A DNA stretch of 64,000 nt from assembly GCA_002633005.1 (NCBI GenBank), contig NMRA01000058.1, positions 225,585 through 289,584 of the forward strand, written 5' to 3'. A program made the translations under genes and the position numbers. Source of the stretch: Phoronis australis. Taxonomy: Eukaryota; Animalia; Phoronida. The notes under the pieces are model-generated. The model searched no databases, had not been told where the DNA came from, and saw nothing but the letters and a program-made list of their open reading frames with translations. Of this stretch, positions 12,776 through 25,714 are shown piece after piece. Position 1 is the first letter of the stretch. Every line of letters starts with the position of its first letter.

Positions 12776-14914
12776 AGCCCAAGTAAGCTTCTGTCGAAAA
12801 ACTCCACGCATGAGCGCACGCCCCTAATTGTGGAGCTGCTCCTAATTGCAGAACTTCGGCACAACTGCCTCTATGTGAGACATTTGAGTTGCAAAAATCT
12901 TGCAAAAACGTTATATTATTTTGCTTGTAGGTGCATGCGCTAGGTGCGTGACTTAAGCGGTGACTAGTTAGCCTCGTGTACAAAAAGTGGATCTGAAAAT
13001 GGCGTGTCTGAGAAATAAGCAGATCTTTACCAGTCACAACTGAAATTTTGTTTATAGTTGCCTTGAGGGTTAGTGTTTGTGTTAGCCACTTATTCTGTCT
13101 TGGTTTCTGTAGTATTTATAATAATTTACAGTAAAGAAGCCCATGCTAATTTTGGCATTTTGTCTATGAAATACAAATCTACTTAAACATTGCATTTATC
13201 ATATTTTTCAGGAAATTACCCAAGACCGACTTTATCGAATCTGATGACCATCAGAAGTTATGACCAAAAACAAATGTGATCAAATGCATGCTTTAGTCTA
13301 AGAAAGAAGGGCTTGGGAATTTGTTTGCTGTCTTTTGCCATAAAAATACAAGACGCATATTGAAACAGGCTGTTGCTCGACAACATTCCAAGTCACGAAT
13401 GTCTGCCGGGATAATGCGTGCAAACAGCGAGACTGACCAGTGCTGCAGTGGGGTATTGTTGGGCATATGGTGATAGGATTATCAGGATGTCTTACATGAA
13501 GGAACATCTAAATTCTGAGTGATATTCACATGTAAATATTCACCTACAGAGCTCCAATCATTGTTATCATCAGTGCTCTTTCAATGACTTTGCAGTAATA
13601 GACCAGGCAGTAACAACAAAGGAGCTTAAAATTTGTGAGGCTTTACACATCATTTGGTGCAAGCCCAATCTTAATAGGCAACTCACACACCACAGGTTGT
13701 CATTGTTGGTCTAGTTCATTGTCATTGACTGTATCTGTGCTTCATTACTTGTTGCTGGGCCTAGCTAGGTGGCCACTGTATTCTCACTTCTGAAGATGGT
13801 GTTGAATAAATGACACAGAAACATGTCAAGTCTTAAAACCGTTGTTGTTTTTTTTAACTTTTTAAGAAGCAAAGCATCTAAGGATGTTTATAGCGCAGTC
13901 ACCACCCTAGGTAGTAAGTGACGCTGAAGAACATCTGGCAACTAAGGTGCCAAAATGAAAATATATCATGCTTGTTTCGCCCCCTTCTCCGACCCCGAGT
14001 TTTGCACCTTCCAATGAGTCACCATGCGAAATGTGGTTCAGTTTCAGTCTTAAAATAGCAGATTAAATCTCCTGAGCTCAGCTGTATCAAGACTTAAAAT
14101 TTTTTTGTAACGATGCTCAATCTTAAAAAAACTTCCAGTATGAGAGAGCTCTTTATCAAAAATGCCAAGCACATGCAGCGTTGCAAGATAAATTTAAGAC
14201 GTTGGCATTTCCGTAATGTATGTCCACATACGGTAAGTGCTTTGAGCAGAGTGTACAAATTTGTTCATTTCGCTTTTCTAAATGGAATACGGTCAACACG
14301 GTCTTTTTAGAAAAAGTACTTTTGAGGGCATTTTCAAAAATTAATATGTTTGGTTGATGCATTCAGTTTAAGTGCCAATGTCTTACATTAAATGTACGTG
14401 TGGGCAGAAAATATATCTGCGTAAAGAAAAAGTTTCGTTTTCAAAAATTTCGGAGTCATGTGTTGTTACGGTCCTACATTAATCAAGCAATGACAAGTAC
14501 AAAGCATGTCTTCAAAATTTAGATAAACAAAGTTCACGGCATACTGATTACAGGGTCACGGTCTTAGGCAAACGTATAGTCTGGACAAGTATACGTTGCA
14601 TTGTATGTAATAACTGTGAATAGCACGTAGTACAATAAGCCATTCCCATTCATATCTGATCTCAATTCTTCACTTGCTTTGAAAACAAACAATCGCTTTC
14701 GGAAAGAACATGAAATAAAACATAATTATGATAGTCCAGATTCTGCACTTGAAGACCGCACATGTGCAAGAACTGTCACAGAATTACAAGGGATTATAAG
14801 AGAGCCTTTCAAGCTTCATGTCTCTGCATAGGGTATTAGGCATGCATATTACATCATACCTCATCTCAGTTAAACTTGTTGTCAATCATGGTAGAAAAAG
14901 TATTTGTATCATTG

Positions 14915-15000
14915 CCACGTAGAAAATATATCTGGAACTAAATAAGGCGATCCAGATCCTCCCAAGGATACTATTGTTTCATGAAATGAAGAATATATTC
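14915..15000 (-). repeat. Isolated 3'-end fragment of the Neptune-type element at 50232-51293
   Basis: acgtagaaaatatatctggaactaaataaggcgatccagatcctcccaaggatacta is the near-exact reverse complement of 51235-51293. Confidence 0.8.
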
Positions 15001-15928
15001 TTCATATCATTGCCACAAGAAGTTAACAAAAGTGGTCATTGTCTGTAACTGTTCTGTCTATATTGCGGATGAATAAGTGTTGGTCGAAATCAATTTTCAT
15101 AACATTGATTCATGCCAAAGGTTTGAAATCGCACCCCCCCCTTAGATTTTTGACTTGCCCTGGTGACCACTGGAATCGATGCAATGAACTTATACCAGAT
15201 GTTTTTTAACCTGTGTTATAGAACTGAAAATTGTATGCGTTTTCATTTCCGAGTGTGTTCTTTTTGAATCACTGGGTTAATAATTTATATGCTCTACAAT
15301 TTAAAACGAAGACTACCAGGGAACTTTTCTTTAGGATTACATGTTTTGTTTAGGATTACATGTACCAAGTTACTCTGAAGATTTTATTTTCAGAGTTTTA
15401 CCCTTAGAGTAGACGCGAAATGCGAAATATTGTGTTCTTATTCCAAAGGGCTCGGAAGGCTCTATTCTTGGTGCAAACCTGTTTAATAAATTAAATATAC
15501 AACTTTGCCCCAATGTGGGTAAAAACTGACCAATTAAAATCTTCCTTGAGTAATCTGAGTTATTTACTGGCATTGCAAAAATTGATTTTCTACCGTTATT
15601 CCGCTGCTAAAATTGTGGTGTGATCTGTTGCGTCGGCTTTCGGCGCAATGAAATTTTGCGTCATCTATTAGCTAGTTTCTTTTTACCAGATTCTTCAATC
15701 AAACGTTCTCCCTCAAATTCGCCTAAACGTCACAAAAATGATCAGAATTGGTTGAACTTCATTATTAGTTTTTAGAATTTTGTAAACCGAATTTTAGAAC
15801 AAAGTTTGTGGCGGTGTTGTCATCTCATGGAAGATGTCGAGAAAAATCTGGAAGTGGCGCGTGTCACAAATGTACTCCTTTCAAACAACGCTTAAACGGC
15901 TGTAACTTGCAAGGTGAGAGTCAATTGA

Positions 15929-17674
15929 CATGCTATGAACATTCCCACTAAATAAGATTGGTTCTAACCCCAGTGCTTAAGGTAAACGGCGGGGTATGGA
16001 AAATTGAACTAGACCGTATTTATCCACCTTGGCTGAGTCGCGCTCGGCTCACGATCAAAGGGATGCCGCCAAGCTGCTCTAGTCATCGAGTCACGAGCGA
16101 GGATAATTGGCTTCGCTCATGCGGATATGATCAGCTGATTACAATCTAGCTAGCAGACTGTACTTTTTATGGAGAGAGTTTTACGTAGTTTTCACTGTAA
16201 TATTTGAAAAGAGGAGCGAAAACAAATATGAGTACAACTTTGAATTTTTCAAATCGGCCCAGGATAAGAGATTTTGCAACACAGCAACACTCACGATTAC
16301 TTTCATTCGGCGCGCACTAATACAAAAATATAGGACCCAAGTTATTTAGATTTTGGAACACATGCATTGCAATATTCAAAATACGTTTATTATGAATCTT
16401 ACAAGCTGTAAAACGACGTTGTTAATTTCATTGTGTTCATTCATTGTCATCCGTCAAATCGGCAATTTCCGAGATGTGATCTGCGGCGTGCGCGTATGTG
16501 TACAAAACACGTGATTGTTATGTTCCTGAAGTACGAAAATTAAGAAGGCTTTAACATGCCGTTATTATTGACAGGGACACGATAAAACGAATTTGGATTT
16601 TGACTATAGTCTTGATACAGCGATCTGACTGACCACTGCGTCAGTGTCTCCGTTAGACCCAGAAATTTCACACAGCCCGGGTAGTTCATTTCGTCCCCAA
16701 CATGTAGATCGAGCCTTGGACTATTAATACTCCACGGCAGAGCTAACGACAGTCGGCCTGTGCACACAAAATCTGTGAGTTAACCAGCACTCACCTTGCA
16801 CGTTACAGCCGTTTAAGTGAAAAACAATCTAGTAAACGCCATTTTCTTGCATAATCCTCCGCCTTTTGTAACAAAAAAGTCTATCGTCGATGACCCGCAC
16901 ACGCACGCTCACTCACTCTCATACACAGACGACCTTCAAAACAAACGTCACGTGACAACAACATGTGTGTTCATCCAGAGATTTTTCTCTTGTTGTGGAG
17001 TACGATGTAGCGCACATTTGGACTTAATCGCAATTAATCTGGACTCCACATGAACTTTAAAAATTGTAAAACATCAGGAAGATTTCAGGTAATTTGTTGA
17101 GTCGAAACTATATTTTTATTCAAGAGTACAAGTTTTCCTATTGACGATGGCGATTCAGCGGCGACGCATCAGTCGGCAAGTTTTCGCCCTGTGATGAGCA
17201 CAATTTTTTGAAAAATTATCGTAATTTAACAACGGAAGTTCATAGCAATGCACCACAATTTTGTAGAAAGACTGTCATAGGCTAAAAATTCGTCACAAAG
17301 CGTAAATTTTATGAATCCTAGCTTCCGATTTTACCCGTTTGGGAAACCGGCTTTCAACTGCCGTAGGCTACAATAAGAATCCCCTCCCCGTGAAATGATT
17401 TTTTCTAAGCGTTTATTAGAGCCAATACAGTATACAGCTTTCCACCAAGGCTAGGTGATACTACGACATTATTCTTTGTTGCATTAGTAACTGGTCTTGG
17501 CTAATATTATCATTTTATGGCCTGGTCATCCATTCAGCCAAAAGTAGTTCCAGAGGTGGCTTATCAGCCAATTATTCACGCATGCTGACTCACAATAGAA
17601 GCCTGATAAGAGTGAAGGTGGATAAATGCGGTGTTCCTACAGTTTCTTGTTTTAGTGGATGTGTTCACGACATG
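15929..17674 (+). mobile_element. About 1.75-kb non-autonomous TIR element (CATG termini, P/hAT-like), copy 1
   Basis: Colinear with 37714-39467 over its full length; imperfect ~30-bp TIRs; internal IR tttatccacctt/aaggtggataaa. Confidence 0.85.
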
Positions 17675-17926
17675 GACTCTCAGATTTTGTATTCAAAGAA
17701 TTCCGCCAAGTAAAAAAAACTTGTTGGAAGAGCAACATATATCGGCTGGATTTGTACTGCAGTCACAAAGCAATATTTGGTAAATTTTATTTTCATCATG
17801 ATAGAAATTGGCCTTTGAAAAATAGAAATGTAATGATTTGGCCAATCATTTTTGTGCAAAAAAGAATTGCCATGATGCTCAAAGCTTCGTATGTCTGTTT
17901 TATGTGACCCTTTCCTTTTGTTTCAG

Positions 17927-17985
17927 TTGGTCAAGCTATGCAACCACATGATAGAGGCTGGTAAGACATTCAACAGCTGTAATAG
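17927..17985 (+). CDS. ACAP2: ACAP BAR-domain exon
   Basis: ttttgtttcag / gtaagt; 59 nt, LVKLCNHMIEAGKTFNSCN(S); phase compatible with both neighbours. Confidence 0.92.
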
Positions 17986-18117
17986 GTAAGTCAGTCACTG
18001 ACCTAGCTAGTCATTGTGTCAAATTACCCAAACTCCAGCCTGTTTGCTATGCCTTGATCTGTTCAAATATTGGCTTTAGCCAAGGATTGCAACACTGCCT
18101 GAGCTTACTTTTAGTAA

Positions 18118-20896
18118 TAGTCAGGTTTGTTGTGTAATTTTGTTTGAATTTTTGGGGAAAGTGGAAACTCTACATATTTGGAAACCTAATGGAATGACAA
18201 ATCAAAAAATAATTGATTCCATTTTTTGGCAGCCATCTTGGTGGCCATCTTGGATTTTCAAAAATGGCACTGGTAAAATGGATTTTGCACAATATCTCCG
18301 CTTTTGGGTCATTTAGAATGTTGGTTTTTATGGCTACACCTGCATTTTTTAGGTCAAGGAATTGGAAATTTCAATTTTTGTGTGCCATCTTTGCGGCCAT
18401 CTTGGATTTTAAAAATGGCGCCCGGAAATTACATTTTAGTCCTCAGTATCTTTTGTCTTGGGTCACTAATAGAATGTTAGCTTTAATGGCTGCACGCACA
18501 TTTTTGTGGTCAAGAAATCTGAAAATGCAACTTATTAAATGAGAAACATAGTCAAAGTCAAAACCCCATTTATTAGCAGGCACATTTTCTAAATGCATTC
18601 TTCATGTAATCCAACACATATAATCACTATGAATCTTACTTTCTTGTATATTTTGTTCGGACCTTTTTTCTTTCAAGACACTTAAAACTAAACCAGTACC
18701 TAAACAACTTATTTACGTTTGAAGAACACGAAAGTATGTTTTTTCTAGTGTCAATATTTTTTCAAAATCAGTCTATAGATCATTACTATAGCCATCACTG
18801 TCAACAGGAATCACATCATCGTCACCATTCTGACATTCTGAAGTTTACTGATATAGATCTGTGTAAGGTAGCTCCTTTGATTGGCAAGAGCATCTTTGGG
18901 AAGAAGAATTGTTTTTGCACTGACATCTAACCATCTCAATGACAGCCTCTGGCGCCGGAAGCTCCTCAGTTGTGAGGATTTCACCTTTGTCCTTGTAAAT
19001 TCATTCTGCAATGGGACAAGGAACTCCTGTCGAGCAATGACTGCCTAGTCCCTCTGGCTTGAATAAACCCCCTCAGCACATGCTGTTTCAAAGTACCAAT
19101 GGTTGGTGGACGTTTGTCGCTGTCAGCCATATGTTTACAGAAGAGGTACCATCTCAGCTCTGGGATGCTATCTGTGTCTATACCCTGTGGTGAGTATACA
19201 CATGTAAAAGGGGCTAATGTGAAAAGAGGTTCACCTCACTTCATAAGCAGTACAAAAAGTCTGCTGTGCATTGATATCATCGGAGTTTGCCTTCAAATAT
19301 ATATTCAACCTACAGAATGGACCAGTGTTGTCTATCCATGTAAAAGCATGGAAAGCAGGAAGAGTCTTTGCCCAGACAGCACATAATATTGTCCATATTG
19401 GATTCATGTCCACAATCCCAGATGCCATAGGGACTGATGTATTTCTGAGAAACCAGTCATAATAGGCAATGACCAGTACCAGTAAATCTATGTCAGGTGA
19501 AAAAAAACATCAGCTGAGAATCAGGGACCTTTTGGTGTGATGCCAGAACTGCATGATGTACAGTGTATTAGCAATACATCTGATTTTTCGTGATCATTTT
19601 CTTCTAAGCGTAGATCATGTCGGTTGCTCTTTGTGCATCCTGAAGCTGAAGTAATGGCTATCTTGGAAGAGTCTTTATTGTATTCAAGTGTCTTTGCAGA
19701 CACATATTCAGTAAGTTGAGCCTTTCTTAATCATGGGAGAGGAAACGGCTCATTGAGATGTTCTTTATGTAAGTCTCATCTCTTATCTGGTACTGTACTT
19801 GACCCTATTTCTGCCTCCTTTTTTCTCTTGTGGTTTCAAAAAGTTGTCTTTGTGGGTGTCAAAAACCAGAATGATATCATCATAACCTCTAGTCAAGAAA
19901 ATCACTTTCATACTATCCACAGGTGCAGTTTTGTGGCTTGGGTGTACACACTTATTGGATGTTGTTTACATGTTTTCTGGGTCTAAAACTTCTCTTGCAG
20001 CTTGAGGACTGTCCTGTTCTAAGACGTTTGCTTCAGAGAGTTTCTGCTGCGGTTGGATTCGATCCGATTTGTCTGTGCACGACAGCATTGCCCTACTGGG
20101 AGCAAAGATTGGTCTTGGTGTTAGGGTGAATTCATAGTGGCCGATAGCCTGTTTCTGGTCAATTTGCACAGCAGGCTACAACTCCTGTTGTTCTCGCCAT
20201 TGATCCTCAGCCTGGTTACTGCCAAATTATTTGCCATCCGACTGTGTCAAAGGCAAAATGCATTTCCATTGAGTAGAGGAGAACTGGATTCCAAAGTGAA
20301 CAGTGAAAATAATAACGAAATCTTCAAAAGATATGTCTCAAATGTATTTTCAAAAACAAATAGGTATACACTGTAAATATAGGTTAATCTGCGTTTCTGT
20401 GATTCCTTAAATATTCTGCGGGTTTGTATCTGCTATTAAAAAATCATTTAGATTATATGCATCATTTTAGAAATAGTGTTTTTCAATTTCTTGCCCCACA
20501 AAATGTGGGTGCAGCCATTAAATTTAACATTCTTAGTGACCCAAGAGCAGAAATACTGAGCAAAATGTATTTTACGGGCATCATTTTTGAAATTTCAAGA
20601 TGGCCACCAAGATGGCTACCAATAAAATTAAAATTTTCAATTCATTGACCTCAGAACTGCTAGTGTAGCCATAAAAACTAACATTCTCCGTGACCCAAGG
20701 GCGGATATATTGGGCAAAATCCATTTTACCGGCGCCATTCTTGAAAATCCAAGATGGCCACCAAGATGGCCACCGAAAAAATGGAATCAATTATTTTCTG
20801 ATTCCTCGTTACATGAGTTTTCTAAAAATATATAGTTTCCACTTTCCCCAAAAAATTCCAACGAATGTCAAAATTTAGACATAGTGAACCTGACTG
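18118..20896 (-). mobile_element. Academ (AcademX)-like DNA transposon, internally deleted and decayed
   Basis: Long imperfect TIRs starting (T/C)AGTCAGGTT, 3-bp TSD TAA on both sides; minus-strand remnants NDHEKSDVLL, LPAFHAFTW.DNTG, LRWYLFCK...PPTIGTLKQHVLR and a Cys-rich tail, as in the XPG/PIN plus Cys-rich finger of Academ proteins. Confidence 0.8.
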
Positions 20897-21449
20897 TAAA
20901 GGAAACTAATTGCCAAGTATATTGCTCTGACGTCAAGTTTGTTTTTACTTCGCTGAATTATTTGAATTCGACGAGTACTATGTTGCTTTGCTCTCAAGTT
21001 TGTTTTTACTGTTGGTCTGACATCAAGTTTTTTTTCTTTTGTTTGTTCGCTCTCTGCAGGTCGCAATTTTCGCCCGATTTTCACGAAATTTGCACACGAC
21101 ATGTTGATTGGAAAGTCCTGGAAGCCTACTGTTTTTGATCATGATCGGATTCAAAATGGCGGACGTGGCCGCCATTTTGTTTCCGATTTCACATTCAAAT
21201 GCTCATCATAGAGATCGCATTTTTTGACGTACAGAGCTGAAACTTGGTACGATTATTATATATGTGCTACAACTTTGCCGAAAAACATTGACTTCCTGTT
21301 AAAGATGGCGGAAATATTGACGATGGCGCATGCGCACCTCGATATCTGGCCAAAAACGTTTTCTCCTGTAGAGGGCGCATTGGCAAACCAATCACTTTCA
21401 AACTGGTCACGTATTTCTTGCAATCGATCAGCTTTTATAAAATTTTGTT

Positions 21450-22210
21450 TAACCAGAAGTCACTTTCAAGATGGTGGCTCTGGCGCATTTTCACCCGTTT
21501 TCAATCGTTCTGCTGTCGCCTTTTGAACGGGAAAAGCAAATGACGTGAATTTTTGCATGTGGATTCCTTGAAGTATGCTCTTTCAAAAGTTCGGCAATAA
21601 TGTTTCTCTCAGACTTACCGTTTTCGAGTTATTTCACTTTGAATTTCAAAAAAACGCAAAATTTCAAATTTTTCAAAACATTTACAGAATTGTGTGTTAC
21701 TACCAATTTGGATAGAGTTTTGAATGGACTTTCAGATGACGCTTTCCAGTTTTCGCTAGGACGTCTACTTTTCGAATTATTTGAGATTTTCTGATTTCGC
21801 TGTTCCTTTGTTGAGCACTCTTGCTGCATTGACGTTGGTTTAGGTTCTATTGAACAAGACTGCAGCCTATTTCTTAGTAATTCATTCGCTAGTCACATGA
21901 ATGTTATCCTGTTGTTCATATTCGCCGCCTTCATTGTCATCATCGTCATTATTGTCACCATCCCGATTGTCATTGTCGTCTTTTCGCTTAATTTCGCCAA
22001 GTGTCGGTCTTCCAAGCGCTCTCGCACTGTTGTCACTTTAGCGAACAAGACTGCAGCCTATTTCTTGCTGATTTCTTCGCTAATCACATGAATGTTATCT
22101 TGTTGTTCATAGTTGCTGCCTTAATCGTCATTATCATCGTCATCGTCCTCCTCCCCATCGTCTTCTTTTCAGTTAATTTCGCCAAGTGTTGGTCTTCCGA
22201 GTGCTCTCAT
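21450..22210 (-). repeat. Interspersed repeat with two ~190-bp tandem units (21851-22210)
   Basis: gaacaagactgcagcctatttctt...cacatgaatgttatc occurs twice; homologous to 6230-6770. Confidence 0.7.
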
Positions 22211-22736
22211 TGGGCTGTTGTTAGTTTCCTGCTTGTGTATCTGCCAAACTGCACATTTGATCATTATGAAAATTGACAGATGTTTTTCTACTGAAAAGAG
22301 TATGACTGACTGGGGTTTTTGAACGGTCCAAGTAGTGTGGTGCCCCCAATGACATTTTTACATCTGAGGCTGTATCTCCTTTAGCCCCATCCTTACAAGA
22401 TGTTTTTGAAATATTGGACTTGTATTTCTATTAACTTGACAGCTGATGGAGTGATTCGACTACCTCTGTGGTTCTTAATAGCAGTGTTTGTTACGTTTGT
22501 GTCAGTGTTTGTGTGTTTGTGATGCTATGCCTTTTCAGACTTTGCTGCGAAGGTGTCCATGCGAAAAATGTCTCACCAGCAGTCCTAAAATTCTACATTA
22601 AGGGTCTTCAATTTATTAACAAGATCCAGCAGTCCTGGAAAAATTACTGTGCACGGAATTTTTAGACCCCCAGCCTGGCCGCTATGTTGATATTTAGTCG
22701 TGACTATACACTTCAAACTTCCACTAGAATGTTTAA

Positions 22737-23700
22737 AGTGTACGCAACATGACTCTAGTACCTCAAAATAAATTTTATTATTATATCTTACTTGATTTTA
22801 GTGCCTTTAGTGCACAGTTCATAAAGAAACACGTAAAAATTGAAAAAAGTAATAATTATGTACAACGTCATGGGTTGAACACAAGTCGTTCGGCACATTG
22901 TTCGGATCAGCAACTAGGTGTATAGAGTGAAGTGAAAGTAAAGTATATTTAGCGTCGAGAAGGTTCGTAGAGGGATGAAAAGATGTATTTGCGGAGGCTG
23001 CAGCAACAGCATTCAGACGGAGAACGTCTCGGTGTTCCGAATGACGCCAAACTTGAGCAGTAGTGGCATCGCTTCGTGCGCCGAACGAGAGTGTGGGACC
23101 TCAGCGTGGACCAAGCGATTCTGTCCGGGGCCACTCTGTGTTCTGCCCACTTTGAGGAGTCGTGTTTCGATTCCAATAAAAGGAGATATTACGATGAAGG
23201 CCTGGTTCAATAAAGGACAATATTTACTATTCAGAAACATCGGCTCTTTATTCAGAATCGTCTGTTGGATGACTGGGTTGACTGGCCGAGCCCGAGGCCG
23301 CTTCTCTCGCGGGATGATCCAGTTCGTAAGGCCTCAAAGTAGAAAAGTACGCAGCTGAAAACATATTAAACTCGTTCTCGCTTTCGTGAAACCCCATTTC
23401 GTCATCCTGGCCACCATTCTCGTACGTTTCTTCATAGTATTTGTTCATTTCTTGCCCATAATCGTTGTCGCTTTCAAATTCCTTACTCTCCGCCGTTGTT
23501 CAATGCTAGTCGCTGATCTCTTGTGTTCAACCCATGATGTCACATGGCGGGAAATGTGAAAATTGGCAAAATTGAAAAAGAAATCAAAATTTCGAGCTAA
23601 TGACACAAAATAATCATGGATTTGGCTAAATTTTACGTCATACATTTAGTCTGTGGCCACCGGTAATTCGAAATGTGCAAAAATCCATGGTGTGTACTGT
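22737..23700 (+). mobile_element. Kolobok-like deletion derivative (THAP start on +, acidic KolX-like start on -)
   Basis: TTAA at both flanks; 15-bp TIR with 11/15 matches; MKRCICGGCSN THAP at 22975; convergent ORF 23248-23448 with LRPYE motif. Confidence 0.75.
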
Positions 23701-23842
23701 TTAAAGAGCAATTTCTAACAGAGTTTTGGGGAAGTGTGCCTGAAACATGTGAAAGTTAGATATGACTGATCAGTCAACACTTTAGATATGTTTCGAAGCC
23801 AACAAGGTTTGGACATTTTTCTGTGATGGTATGTAACATCAA

Positions 23843-25536
23843 AGGAGAATGCCACCCGATTTAATTAAGTCTTTTTTACCCTCTTAATCGGTCTATATCC
23901 ACACTACCTCTTATATGGTCGACCTCACCTTGCCGAGAGGTGTCGTGTTAACCTGTGAGGAAGGTGTGAAACAACACAGCGACGTCTGTGTTTCGTCTGC
24001 AGAGTGAATGCTGCTATGTTGCGGTGCATCGTTCCTGCTCTTCCGAACTATGAAACTGCGAAGAAAGCGGGTACATCGTTTTTTCGACTTCCTCGAGCTT
24101 AGGAAGTGGCTCGCGGTAGTGAAGAATGAAAGATACGCTGTTAATAGCAAGTATGAGGCCGTGAAACATCTCCGTGTCTGTGGCCGGCATTTCGTCGACA
24201 GTGACTTCTCTGACAAATTCCGGCTTACCAAAGAACTATCCATACGTTCTGTTGCCTGTGAGTGTTGACGGTGCCTCTCTAGTATTTCTTGATCAGTTCG
24301 ACCTGATAGCCTGTGATTAACCTAATGATCCGACCAGTGAAGTCTTCGTCGGATGAGCTCTTGACTAAGTCGGGATTGGCGCCGGGCGAGTTGCCATGTA
24401 GACTTTTATTATTCTGTGTTCCGTTTCAAAATGAATTATTCTCATCCTAACCAATGCTTATATGCAACTGAACCAAAGTCTGTCTCATTAGATACAATTT
24501 GTAATGCCTTGGAGTGCTCGTGAGTGCAAATGTTTCGAGAAGCCACCAATGCCCACTGTGTTATACTGTCTTTTGATGCCGGCAACAAAGGTAATTGACC
24601 AGGCACCGAGGCCGTGTGAGCGCTTCAGTGTTTGCTGACAGAAAGCTGTTGTGAAACAATTACTCGATTTTATATCCTATGGTCACATGATAGGGGAATC
24701 TTTATTTAGAAATACAAAAACATTATTCAAATCATTGTTACTGTACCTTTGCCCTGATGGTCTGTGGAAGGGGAAGCCGACTTCGTGGCCCCCGACAAGT
24801 AAGTAGATTTTCAGCTTCGTGGCTAATTCACATAAATAATTACGTGCACATTATTTCTTTGGCTCAGTATTGTAGTCTTTTCGTGACTGAAGGTTTAGTT
24901 TCCAACTCAAGCTGGTTTATGTTCATGCCAGTCCTGGCGGCCGCCACGGGCCTGATCGGGTTCCGAGCCACTGGCCGGGATAACGAGTCAGTCTGGCCGC
25001 GACGCTGGGCCTAGGGATCGGGTTCCGAGCCACTGGCCGGGATAACAAGGTTTTGTGTGTTTAGAACTCAAAATATCACATGTATAAACAACACAGATCC
25101 AGGTTCTCCTGTCTGTATTCGACGGAAGAATACTTCGAATTTATCTCCGCACTGACCCCAAACTCTTGCTACGGACCTTGGTAAATTGGCCTGCCGAACT
25201 TTGTAGGCTACAGTGTGTCCAAATACCAGTAAATCCATAACAGCGAAATAAAACAACACGTTTTTATAAGAAGCCGGTGTGTTTTCAAGGGTTTTACATC
25301 CAAGTTTGATGATTTACTGGTGTTAAACGATGAATTCAAGCGATAAGCTGACACCAGTAACCCGTGTTGTGAACTGCTGAACAGACTGCCTGTGAAACCA
25401 ATGACGTCATTGGATAATTTCAACACCTCCAACTGCCGTCAGGTGTCAGGTAATGCAACTAAACGTGCCCTTATTGAGTAGAACTACTCAATCTAAATTG
25501 ATACAAAATAGGTTGTTTTTTGGGTGGCATTCTCCT
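23843..25536 (+). mobile_element. Second Kolobok-like family with frameshifted THAP domain
   Basis: Perfect 15-bp TIR aggagaatgccaccc; flanks TCAA and TTAA; MLRCIVP...FFRLP / RKWLAVV...LRVCGRHFVDSDF at about 24017-24235. Confidence 0.85.
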
Positions 25537-25653
25537 TTAAGACATGTTTAGCTATGACAGATTTCCTGGAAGTGGTCCCAGTATTGTAAAATTTACCAAT
25601 GAAAGTACAATCATGGTTAGATTAAATGTTTTTTTGCGTTTTCTTTGTTTCAG

Positions 25654-25714
25654 CGCTTTCATCAATGGTGTCAGAGACCTGGGATCGTATTTCAGGGAAG
25701 ACACGTTGGTGTCG
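25654..25714 (+). CDS. ACAP2: ACAP BAR-domain exon
   Basis: ttctttgtttcag / gtaagt; 61 nt, (S)AFINGVRDLGSYFREDTLVS; completes the split codon AG|C. Confidence 0.92.

Noticed and set aside
13212-13510. Possible fourth exon or transposase continuation of the Kolobok THAP gene
   Set aside because: An acceptor is present, but every frame closes quickly and motif similarity is too faint.
21897-22276. Hydrophobic membrane-protein-like ORFs
   Set aside because: They arise from (TCA/TCG)-rich low-complexity tandem units within an interspersed repeat.
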